Source of the DNA: Minisyncoccota bacterium
GTDB taxonomy: Bacteria; Patescibacteriota; Minisyncoccia; Phycocordibacterales; UBA9973
Assembly (NCBI GenBank): GCA_942491275.1
Contig: CALNZI010000009.1
Coordinates: 21,938 to 85,937 of the forward strand
Direction of reading: 5' to 3'
Length of the DNA: 64,000 nucleotides
Program-made: the position numbers and the translations under genes
Notes under the pieces: model-generated
Databases searched by the model: none
Told to the model about the DNA's origin: nothing
What the model saw: only the letters and a program-made list of their open reading frames with translations
Part shown: positions 1 to 8,200 of the stretch, piece by piece
Layout of the letters: every line of letters begins with the position of its first letter
Position numbering within the stretch: position 1 is the first letter of the stretch

Positions 1-165
1 GGGTCTTTTGTATAGAGTTCTCTCATTTCGAAAAAGCAAACGTCTTGCCATTCGACATTCAGGACAATAAAGAGGAGAAGCTGTTTTCATTTGTTCATAA
101 AAAACAAGATCTTCGTCTCTAATAATAAATTCTTTTTCACATGTTTTACAATTTTGTTTTGTCAT
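1..165 (-). CDS. Cys-rich multi-zinc-ribbon protein, N-terminal 55 aa only (gene runs off the left edge). Paralog of 19842-21506, 52583-54274 and 54318-56024.
   Basis: Own translation of the minus strand from the ATG at comp(163-165): MTKQNCKTCEKEFIIRDEDLVFYEQMKTASPLYCPECRMARRLLFRNERTLYKRP. It matches the N-termini of the three full-length paralogs (CxxC..F.I..D..FYE...P..CPxCR..RRL..RN). No stop before position 1. Confidence 0.8.
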   Translation of the reverse strand, partial: MTKQNCKTCEKEFIIRDEDLVFYEQMKTASPLYCPECRMARRLLFRNERTLYKRP

Positions 166-249
166 ACGATTTAGTCGAAATCGTGTCGCGTAACGTCTCT
201 TGAAACGCGACGTTATTTCTATTAATTAATAATACATCTTTTATTAACT

Positions 250-289
250 TTATAAAACAGAGAAAGAATTTTTTCAGGATTCTTTCTCT
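250..289 (-). terminator. Intrinsic terminator after the 153-aa gene
   Basis: Perfect 11-bp inverted repeat AGAGAAAGAAT/ATTCTTTCTCT (259-269 / 279-289), followed on the minus strand by GTTTTAT. Confidence 0.6.
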
Positions 290-299
290 GGTCTAAAAA

Positions 300-761
300 T
301 TAATTTGAAAGTACAAGATTCCACTGATTTTGAATTTGGCTACTATTTTTTAATTTTACTAAAATCTTTTGGATAATAGAGAGTCTAATATCTAAAGAAA
401 TTTTTTTAACGTGATTAATAATTTCTCTGACATTTTTAAGTTTAAAAAACTTTTTTTCATTATTTGAGCTGATCTCTACGGTGCCGTCTCCTTGAAAAAA
501 ACTGTATCCAATTTTTACGCAATCTTTTTTATTGTTAATAGAGATTTTAATAGTAAGATATATGAGCGGTACTGAGTGCCAATATTTTTCTATTAAAAAT
601 TCTATTTTTGTTCCCGTCTTTTTTTCTATTCCAATAAGTTTAGTTAGAATAGAACTCTCAAATTCACAGGATTTTTTCTTATAAAGAAAGGAATCCCATA
701 CAGTTATCCATTTTGATATAACTGGATTTTGACTACTTTTTAATTTTTCTATAGTTTCCAT
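300..761 (-). CDS. Hypothetical protein (153 aa)
   Basis: Intact ORF with its own terminator. No motif recognised. Confidence 0.5.
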   Translation of the reverse strand: METIEKLKSSQNPVISKWITVWDSFLYKKKSCEFESSILTKLIGIEKKTGTKIEFLIEKYWHSVPLIYLTIKISINNKKDCVKIGYSFFQGDGTVEISSNNEKKFFKLKNVREIINHVKKISLDIRLSIIQKILVKLKNSSQIQNQWNLVLSN

Positions 762-893
762 GTTTCAATTTTTTAAGGTTTCTTTTAATATAGCAGATTA
801 AAATATATTGTCAAGTAGTGTCGTCAAAAAAGTCAATAAAAACCACGTATTTTCAACATTAAAAATTGGAATTTAGAAAAGTGTGGATTAGTA

Positions 894-923
894 TTGACAC
901 AATTATATCAAATAATGTATACT
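894..923 (+). promoter_or_regulatory. Sigma70-like promoter (TTGACA-N18-TATACT) placing the TSS at or next to the ATG at 931
   Basis: TTGACA at 894-899 and TATACT at 918-923. There are 7 nt to the start codon and no SD. Confidence 0.5.
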
Positions 924-930
924 TATATGT

Positions 931-1707
931 ATGAAAAACGAATTTATTGAGTTACAGATAAAGTTAATTGAGGCCGGTCTTTCTGAAAAAGAAGCTAGTG
1001 TTTATTTATCCCTTTTAGAGCTTGGAAGTGGGACTGTTTCTAAAATTTCCCGTCGAGCTGGAATTAATAGAACAACTGGTTACGATGTGCTCGATTCCCT
1101 CTCCGTGAAGGGATTGGTTAGTATTTCTGGCAAAGAACCAAAGCAAGAATACAGTGCTGAATCCCCAGAACACTTAATGAAGTTTGTGAGCGAAGAAATT
1201 AAAAAGAAAAATGAATTATTGAAGCAAACAGAAAAATTAATTCCTGAATTAAAGTCTATCCATAATGTTTCTGACCGTCCAAGAGTAAGATTCTATGAAG
1301 GGTTGGAAGGATTAGCTCAGGTTTACGAAGATACTTTAACTTCACATGAACCAATAAGAGCCTATGCCACTGTGGATGATATGCATAAAGGATTACCTAA
1401 TTATTTTCCTAAATATTACAAACGTAGAGCTGGTGCAGGGATTTCAATTAGAGCCATTACTCCCAAAACTGAGATAGGTATAGAAAGAAAATCTCACGAT
1501 AAAGAGGAGTGTCGAGAAATGGCTTTTGTTCCAGCTGATAAGTATTATTTTTCTCCTGAAATAAATATATATGACAATAAAGTTATGATTGCTTCCTGGC
1601 GAGAGAAATTAGGAATCATAATTGAATCAGCTGAAATTGCCGACGCCATGAAAAAAATCTACGAGCTCTCTTGGGCCGAAGCTAAGAGGTTAGATAAAGA
1701 GATATAA
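931..1707 (+). CDS. TrmB-family transcriptional regulator
   Basis: The N-terminal winged-HTH sequence LSEKEASVYLSLLELGSGTVSKISRRAGINRTTGYDVLDSLSVKGLV is typical of TrmB. Length 258 aa. Confidence 0.75.
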   Translation: MKNEFIELQIKLIEAGLSEKEASVYLSLLELGSGTVSKISRRAGINRTTGYDVLDSLSVKGLVSISGKEPKQEYSAESPEHLMKFVSEEIKKKNELLKQTEKLIPELKSIHNVSDRPRVRFYEGLEGLAQVYEDTLTSHEPIRAYATVDDMHKGLPNYFPKYYKRRAGAGISIRAITPKTEIGIERKSHDKEECREMAFVPADKYYFSPEINIYDNKVMIASWREKLGIIIESAEIADAMKKIYELSWAEAKRLDKEI

Positions 1708-1734
1708 TTAAAATCGAACGCTGGGCGTTCGATT

Positions 1735-3312
1735 TTAATTTTCTCTTGGTCTGTATTGAATTGCTTCGAGGATGTGTGTTTCTGAAATAGTCCCACTTCC
1801 CTCTAGGTCAGCGATGGTTCGGGCTAATTTTATTATTCGATGATAGGCTCGTGCGGAAAGTTGCAATCTTTCGGCGCTTTGATTTAATATTTTTTTTATT
1901 TCTTCAGTTAGTGGAGCATAAATAGCTAAGTCTTTTACATTCATTTCGCTATTTGTATTTATTTTTCTTGAGCCTGCGTGGGTTGTATTAAATCTCTTAT
2001 TTTGTATTTCACGAGCTTTTTTAACTCGTTCTTTTATTGAAGATGTTTTTTCACCCTGTGATTCTGGAGTACTTAATTTTTCAAAATCAACAGAACCAAC
2101 AGTTACCCAAATATCAATTCGATCAATAATTGGCCCCGATAATTTTCTTTTATAGCGATCCAAGTCGTGAGCTTTGCAGATACATTGTTTTTGTTTGTTT
2201 CCTTTATTTCCGCAAGGGCAAGGATTCATGGCTGCAATTAATATAAAATTTGAAGGGAAAATTGCTGAACCTCGGGCTCGTGAAATGGATACGATATTAT
2301 CCTCTAGTGGTTGACGCAAAGACTCTATAACTCTTTTTTCAAATTCAGGGAATTCATCAAGAAACAAAACGCCTCGATGGGCTAATGTTACTTCTCCTGG
2401 CTTAGGATTGGCTCCTCCTCCGATCATTGAGACATAACTTGCCGTATGGTGAGGTGCTCGAAATGGAGATTCTGTTATTAGATTACTCTCAAGAGCTCCA
2501 ACAATGGAATGAATCCCTGTGATCTCCAGAATGTCGTCTTTATTTAATTCCGGCAAGATATGAGAAAAAACTCGAGCCAACATAGTCTTACCTGTTCCAG
2601 GAGGGCCAGACATGGCGACATTATGTCCTCCTGCTGCGGCAATTTCTAAACCCCTTTTAGCAGCCTCTTGCCCTCTAATATCTGAAAAATCTATATTATT
2701 AATTTTTTCTTCATAGGTGATTTCAGTTTTTGGATGAGGAGAAAGTTTTGGTTTTTCTCTTTCAATTAATTCTCCCTTTTTGTTCTTTTTGGGAATATAA
2801 ATATGGTCAATAACTTCTTTAAGATTTTTTACCCCATAGATTGTAATATCATCAACAAGGCTGGCTTCTTCTGCATTTTGAATTGGAAGAAAAACTTCTT
2901 TATAACCCAGACGTTTAGCTTCTTGAGTTAAAGGAAGAGCCCCTTTGATTGGCTGCAATTCTCCATTAAGAGATAATTCTCCAAGGAAAATTCTTTTTTC
3001 TGGATTAAAATCAATTTCTTCAGCTGATAGGAGATAGGCTAGAGCAATGGCCAAGTCGAAATAGGGGCCTTCTTTTTTAAGATCGGCAGGAGAAAGAGAA
3101 ATAACTATTTTTTGATTTTGATTTTTAGGAGAAGCGTAGCCGGAATTTTTTAAAGCAGAGCTCATTCTATCTTTTGATTCATCGACGGCTTTATCCGGAA
3201 GTCCAACTAGAGTAAAAGCATGTAAGGTATTTTTTGTAATGTCTACTTCGACAGTCACGATTTTCCCTTTTAAGAGATGCGTTTGTGCTGAGTATATTCG
3301 CGCAAATGACAT
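1735..3312 (-). CDS. comM: YifB/ComM-family Mg-chelatase-like AAA+ ATPase
   Basis: Lon-protease-like N-terminal domain, Walker A GPPGTGKT, Walker B VLFLDEFPEF, and a C-terminal YHRIIKLARTIADLEG motif. Confidence 0.9.
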   Translation of the reverse strand: MSFARIYSAQTHLLKGKIVTVEVDITKNTLHAFTLVGLPDKAVDESKDRMSSALKNSGYASPKNQNQKIVISLSPADLKKEGPYFDLAIALAYLLSAEEIDFNPEKRIFLGELSLNGELQPIKGALPLTQEAKRLGYKEVFLPIQNAEEASLVDDITIYGVKNLKEVIDHIYIPKKNKKGELIEREKPKLSPHPKTEITYEEKINNIDFSDIRGQEAAKRGLEIAAAGGHNVAMSGPPGTGKTMLARVFSHILPELNKDDILEITGIHSIVGALESNLITESPFRAPHHTASYVSMIGGGANPKPGEVTLAHRGVLFLDEFPEFEKRVIESLRQPLEDNIVSISRARGSAIFPSNFILIAAMNPCPCGNKGNKQKQCICKAHDLDRYKRKLSGPIIDRIDIWVTVGSVDFEKLSTPESQGEKTSSIKERVKKAREIQNKRFNTTHAGSRKINTNSEMNVKDLAIYAPLTEEIKKILNQSAERLQLSARAYHRIIKLARTIADLEGSGTISETHILEAIQYRPREN

Positions 3313-3382
3313 TGGTTAATTATATATTAAAAAATAAACAAAAGAAATAAAAATATACTTAATAAAAAAATTTTCACCCTCC

Positions 3383-3476
3383 TAAAGAAACATAAAATTT
3401 GTATTCTCTTATCCCTGCCCTGACTGCAAGTCAGGGCGCGCGCCTACACCTACTCATAAAATTTTTGTTTCTTTAT
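3383..3476 (-). repeat. Copy A of a three-copy ~95-nt element (A/T-rich closing stem plus a GC-rich conserved core)
   Basis: The minus strand reads ataaagaaacaaaaatttt-ATGAGTAGGTGTAGGCGCGC-[GCCCTGACT tgc AGTCAGGGC]-AGGGATAAGAGAATACA-aaattttatgtttctttag. It aligns with 13619-13711 and 56917-57011. Confidence 0.65.
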
Positions 3477-3486
3477 GCGGGTTAAA

Positions 3487-3518
3487 AATAAAAACCCCTC
3501 AATTTTGAGGGGTTTTTA
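3487..3518 (-). terminator. Intrinsic terminator of the dksA-like gene
   Basis: CCCCTC/GAGGGG stem flanked by an A-run and a T-run. Confidence 0.8.
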
Positions 3519-3525
3519 AAGTAAA

Positions 3526-3882
3526 TTATTTATCTATACAGCTCTTGCAGGTATGAGCAGCGGGATTGGCTTCTAATCGGTCTTCTCCGATTTCTTTTCC
3601 ACATGACTTACATTTACCAAAATCATTACTTTCTATTTGAGCTAAAGATTTATCTACGTCTTCAAGTCGAGCTTTTAACACAATCAACTTACTAGCTCTT
3701 TCCTCGAAGTCCTCAGCTCTTTCTGAAAGATCGGCTTCATCTTGAACTTCTTGGACATTCATTTCGTGTTCAGGGGCAGCTTGCCAATTCCCCTCCCCGT
3801 CGACTTTTCCAAGTCCACTGAGTTCTTCTTCTAATATTTTCTTTTCTTCTAGCAATCTTTCTTTATATATATTTGTTTCCAT
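3526..3882 (-). CDS. DksA/TraR-family C4 zinc-finger protein
   Basis: Coiled-coil N-terminus and C-terminal CKSCGKEIGEDRLEANPAAHTCKSC (CxxC-N17-CxxC). Confidence 0.8.
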   Translation of the reverse strand: METNIYKERLLEEKKILEEELSGLGKVDGEGNWQAAPEHEMNVQEVQDEADLSERAEDFEERASKLIVLKARLEDVDKSLAQIESNDFGKCKSCGKEIGEDRLEANPAAHTCKSCIDK

Positions 3883-3918
3883 ATTTCTTATATTATCATT
3901 AATTTAATAATTTACAAT

Positions 3919-4818
3919 CTATAATGGTTTTGTTTGTTGAACCAATAATCTTGTGATAATTTCTTTTAACCCTTCTTGATTATCGGTAATAACTAGAGTG
4001 TTTTTGTCAGTAAAAAGATAGAAAAGTGCATCAACTCCATCTTTTGTATAGAGAATCCGAGCATCTTTATTTTTTATAATTATGTCTTTGAATGGTTTTC
4101 CAAAAAGTTCACTATTTTTTCCAGAAACATCCACGTGGAAAAGAGTAAAGAAATCATCTAGCATGGTTTTTTCCCACTGAAGCATTCCCGCGTAGGCCAT
4201 ATTGTAATCATTTACATTAATTATTAAAAATAAATGAGGTGTGTCATAGGCACTTGCAGGAGTATAGGTTCCAAGCATATATTTATTAGAGAAGGATCTT
4301 ATGAGTGAACCAGGAGCTGTAACTTTTAAAGCAAATAATAAATCTTTCAAGGAAAATGTTTCGAGAATCCCATTGTTGTTTTTATTCAAGAAGATTGTTT
4401 TTATTGATCCTGAATTCCCTCTAACTTTCATTTCTGGGTCTATTAGATTAGAAACATCACTTTTGTTTGATGCTCCAGTCATATCTATGGTACTAGCATT
4501 ATCATAGGAAATTGGAGTTTCAGGAGTTTCTATTATTTGAGCTGGTTTATTTTTTTCTTCAATTTTTTGATTAAGAAAGTAATAAACACCGAGGGCGATT
4601 AAAACGAGAACTATTCCACCGACAGAAAATATTATTTTCTTTTTTGATCCTTGGTTGGATTGTCGATAGTAGTCCCCCCTCTCCCTTCTTTTTTGTTCAG
4701 CTACGGCAACTTTAACAACAGAGAGGTCATTTTCTCGAACAGCATCAGCCATGTCTGACATGTAAGTACGAATTGTTTTTTGAGGGTTTTTATTTATTTT
4801 TTTATTTTCTTCCTCCAT
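3919..4818 (-). CDS. Hypothetical single-pass membrane protein (299 aa)
   Basis: One hydrophobic helix (IIFSVGGIVLVLIALGVYYFL) after a charged N-terminus. No recognised domain. Confidence 0.5.
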   Translation of the reverse strand: MEEENKKINKNPQKTIRTYMSDMADAVRENDLSVVKVAVAEQKRRERGDYYRQSNQGSKKKIIFSVGGIVLVLIALGVYYFLNQKIEEKNKPAQIIETPETPISYDNASTIDMTGASNKSDVSNLIDPEMKVRGNSGSIKTIFLNKNNNGILETFSLKDLLFALKVTAPGSLIRSFSNKYMLGTYTPASAYDTPHLFLIINVNDYNMAYAGMLQWEKTMLDDFFTLFHVDVSGKNSELFGKPFKDIIIKNKDARILYTKDGVDALFYLFTDKNTLVITDNQEGLKEIITRLLVQQTKPL

Positions 4819-4835
4819 AACTATTATTTGTTTTT

Positions 4836-6962
4836 TTATTGAGTTGGATTTTTAAAGAAGGTTTCGTCGGCCGCTTTAATTGAAAAGCTTAGGCGTCCTT
4901 TTTCATCTGTTTTGATTATTTTGATTGGGACAATGTCTCCTTCTTTAAGAATATCAGAAACTTTCTCAACACGGAATGGTGCAATTTCAGAAATGTGGAC
5001 AAGTCCTTCTGTGTCACTCCCAATTTTAACAAAAGCACCAAAGTCCATAAGTTTTACAACTGTAGCTTGAGCAGTATCTCCTACTTTATATTCATGAGTC
5101 ATTTCTTCAATAAGCTTGATGGCTTTTTCTGCTCCACCATTCTTACCAGTGACAAAAACAGTCCCGTCTTCTTCTATTGTAATTTCAGTTCCGGTTTCTT
5201 CTCGAATAGCATTTATTGTTTTTCCTCCTGGCCCGATAAGTAGTCCGATTTGATCCTTTTTAATATTAACAGTTAATATTTTTGGAGCATTTTCAGAAAT
5301 ATTTTCACGAGGATTAGAAATTTCTTTAGTGATATTTTCTAGGATTTTTAATCTAGCTTCTTTAGCTCGAAGTAAAGCTTCTTTTAATATCTTACTTGTA
5401 ACACCTCCAACTTTTATATCAAGCTGGATAGCGGTGATTCCATCTTTAGTTCCACCAACTTTAAAATCCATGTCACCATAGTGATCTTCTGGCCCTTGAA
5501 TGTCTGAAAGTAAAACATACTTATCTTTATCTTTTTCATCCATCATTACTCCAACTGAAATTCCAGCAACGGGAGATTTTATTGGAACACCTCCATCCAT
5601 TAGGGCGATGGTTGTGGCACAGATGGAAGCCTGGGAAGTTGATCCATTTGAAGCAGTTGATTCAGAAACAACTCGAACTGTGTAGGGGAAAAGTTTTTTG
5701 TCAGGCATGACCGGAGTTAATGCTTTTTCAACTAGAAAGCCATGTCCCATTTCGCGTCGATTCATTCCACCAACTCGGCCTGTACTACCACATGAGTAAG
5801 GGGGGAAATTATAGTGATGCATAAATCTTTTTTTACAGAAAGATTCCATTCCATTGATTGTGTACATTGCTTCTGGTCCAGCTAAGGTCAAAACTGAAAG
5901 GACATGTGTTTCACCACGATAAAAGATACCTGAGCCGTGTAACACCTCAGAAATATTACCAGCTTGGCTATATAAATCTCGAATTTCATCTATAGCGCGT
6001 CCGTCTGCTCGAGCATTTTCTTCCAGAGCTTTTTTGTGAAACGCTTTGTCTAGGTAATCATGAAAATAATCTTGAGCAACGTATCTATTTAGATCATCAC
6101 TAGCTTCGTACTTTTCATCAGTGATTTCTTTCCAAAGTTCTTCCATATTTTCGGAAACTTCTTTACTTTTATTACTGAATAGATCTTTATCTATAGCTGG
6201 TTTAATTTTTTCTTCAAACAAAGAAACCATTTCTGTTGAAATTTCTGGTTTAGGGAATGAAAGTTTTTCTTTTCCAATTTCTTTTCGGACTTTCTTTTGT
6301 AATTCTTCCCATTTAGCAATTTCAACAAGAGCTAAATCAAAATAATTCCCCATATCTTCTTCTTTGTCTTCGAAGGACATGGCTTCGATCATGTTTATTG
6401 TATTATCTTTTCCACAAACTAATAAATCAAGATCGTAATTAGCTTCATCCTCCATTGGGAGATAATTGTTTATTTGGATGTTACTGTCTCCTTTTGTCTT
6501 ACTTAAATGAACTGCTCCAATTGGTCCAACCCAAGGGATATCTGAAATGTGTAGAGCCATTGAAGCGGCATTGATTCCAAGAGGTTTTGGGTCAGCCTTT
6601 CCAACGGCAATAACTGTAATTATTATTTGGACAGCATTTTTTATGTGATGCTCAAAAAGAGGGCGAAGGGTTCGATCAGTCATTCGAGCAGCTGAAACTG
6701 CTAGGTCTGAAGGTCGTCCTTCTTTGTGATTAAATTGGCTACCAAGAATTTTCCCAGTGGCGTAGAATTTTTCTAAATATTCAACCGTTAAATTAAAATA
6801 ACCGGGGTTATTTTTTCCACTTTTTGTTATGACGGCTGTGGCCATAACTACAGTCCCTTCTGACTTAAGCATAACCGAACCATTGGCTTGATCAGCTAAG
6901 TTATTAAACACTGCGGTAATTTTTTTACCACCAATTTCTACTTCGTACTCTTTACTATTCAT
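4836..6962 (-). CDS. pnp: Polyribonucleotide nucleotidyltransferase (PNPase)
   Basis: Two RNase PH-like halves (RREMGHG), then KH (IGLLIGPGGKTIN) and S1 (GDTAQATVVKLMDFGAFVKI) domains. The start is set at MNSKEYEVEIGG (6962); the ORF-track start at 7010 adds 16 atypical residues. Confidence 0.93.
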   Translation of the reverse strand: MNSKEYEVEIGGKKITAVFNNLADQANGSVMLKSEGTVVMATAVITKSGKNNPGYFNLTVEYLEKFYATGKILGSQFNHKEGRPSDLAVSAARMTDRTLRPLFEHHIKNAVQIIITVIAVGKADPKPLGINAASMALHISDIPWVGPIGAVHLSKTKGDSNIQINNYLPMEDEANYDLDLLVCGKDNTINMIEAMSFEDKEEDMGNYFDLALVEIAKWEELQKKVRKEIGKEKLSFPKPEISTEMVSLFEEKIKPAIDKDLFSNKSKEVSENMEELWKEITDEKYEASDDLNRYVAQDYFHDYLDKAFHKKALEENARADGRAIDEIRDLYSQAGNISEVLHGSGIFYRGETHVLSVLTLAGPEAMYTINGMESFCKKRFMHHYNFPPYSCGSTGRVGGMNRREMGHGFLVEKALTPVMPDKKLFPYTVRVVSESTASNGSTSQASICATTIALMDGGVPIKSPVAGISVGVMMDEKDKDKYVLLSDIQGPEDHYGDMDFKVGGTKDGITAIQLDIKVGGVTSKILKEALLRAKEARLKILENITKEISNPRENISENAPKILTVNIKKDQIGLLIGPGGKTINAIREETGTEITIEEDGTVFVTGKNGGAEKAIKLIEEMTHEYKVGDTAQATVVKLMDFGAFVKIGSDTEGLVHISEIAPFRVEKVSDILKEGDIVPIKIIKTDEKGRLSFSIKAADETFFKNPTQ

Positions 6963-7112
6963 ATTTTTTTTAGCTAATCTCCAGACTCTAGTTTTGAAAC
7001 AATGTTTCAACTCTAATTGTCTAGAGGTTAGCAGATTACCTACTAATATAAATATTTATAACACAAAAAAGGCTTTTAATAAAGCCCTTTAATGGATTAT
7101 TTTTTTAAAATT

Positions 7113-8147
7113 TTACTTACTTAATTGTTCCTTGAAGTAATTTACCCAGGGAATTTTGACGGGATTTTTTTTGTGAACAAAGGATAAACTGAAGGCAAAA
7201 TACATTCCTCTAATCATGGAAATTAAAACTTGGGAAAAAGGAGTTTCTCCCGCAACTTCTACGCCATAATGTTTAATTTTTTGCTTATCAAGAATCATTT
7301 TAGTCACCTCATATCTTTTTTGTATTTTGTCTGAGTATAAATTTGATTCAAGGAAAATAAATTGGAGAGATTTTGGATTCTTTTTTGGGAACTCCAGTCC
7401 TTCCATCAGGTGGTGATTTAATTCTGGAATTTCATGAGACAGGGCTAATGTTTTACTTGTTTCATGAATTTGATTACGAGTGAATCTTCCCACATTGGCT
7501 AAATGATTAGAACTTACGACAACGAGAGTTTTATTTTTTGACAGCTTAGCTCTTTTGTAAACTCCACTAAGTATTTTTTCAGACTCTTTATTCTTCCAAT
7601 CCATTAATTCAGTGATTCCATTTTCTATTTCTTCTTTACTGAGAGTGCATATATTATGAGTTATACAAATTTTAAGAATAGTCATCATTATGGAACCAGT
7701 TCCAAATCTTGGCTGGCCACAGGGATTATCTTTCGTATCGATAATACAGACAGGCAGGTTTTTTTCATTCAACATTTCTGCCAATTCTCCGCCGGTTGTA
7801 ATTCCAACAACATTGGCTCCAGAGTTTAGAGCATCTTTTGTTCCAGATATTGTTTCCTCTGTTCCACCTGAATAACTAGTAGCTAGAACTAAGGTTTCTT
7901 CATTTACCCATACAGGTATGTGGTAGTCATTACTGATGGTGATTGGCACAGTTAGAACATTTAATGATTTTATTATGTATGCTCCAAGGGTTGACCCTCC
8001 CATTCCAATTACTAATACATTTTTAATTGGTTTATTGTTGGTTTGGTATTTTGTATTTTCCCAGGAGTTAAAGCATTGTTTCGGAAACAAATTTATTGAT
8101 CCAAAAACATTTTCTGTATCATATTTTTTTATTTTATTTTGATTCAT
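7113..8147 (-). CDS. SIS-domain bifunctional phosphoglucose/phosphomannose isomerase-like protein
   Basis: SIS motifs (VLVIGMGGSTLG, ATSYSGGTEET), ~340 aa, divergent from glmS. Confidence 0.65.
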   Translation of the reverse strand: MNQNKIKKYDTENVFGSINLFPKQCFNSWENTKYQTNNKPIKNVLVIGMGGSTLGAYIIKSLNVLTVPITISNDYHIPVWVNEETLVLATSYSGGTEETISGTKDALNSGANVVGITTGGELAEMLNEKNLPVCIIDTKDNPCGQPRFGTGSIMMTILKICITHNICTLSKEEIENGITELMDWKNKESEKILSGVYKRAKLSKNKTLVVVSSNHLANVGRFTRNQIHETSKTLALSHEIPELNHHLMEGLEFPKKNPKSLQFIFLESNLYSDKIQKRYEVTKMILDKQKIKHYGVEVAGETPFSQVLISMIRGMYFAFSLSFVHKKNPVKIPWVNYFKEQLSK

Positions 8148-8200
8148 ACTTATATATTACCATAATTTTTAAATATATAATTTAGATGTATAATACCTAA
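8148..8200. promoter_or_regulatory. Back-to-back divergent promoters, both apparently giving leaderless mRNAs
   Basis: Minus strand: TGgTAATAT (comp 8154-8162), then 6 nt to the ATG at comp(8145-8147). Plus strand: TATAAT at 8189-8194, then 6 nt to the ATG at 8201. Neither has an SD. Confidence 0.55.

Noticed and set aside
6963-7010. A 16-residue N-terminal extension of PNPase (MKHCFKTRVWRLAKKN).
   Set aside because: It is not PNPase-like. MNSKEYEVEIGG aligns with the usual N-terminus. The longer form cannot be excluded without data.
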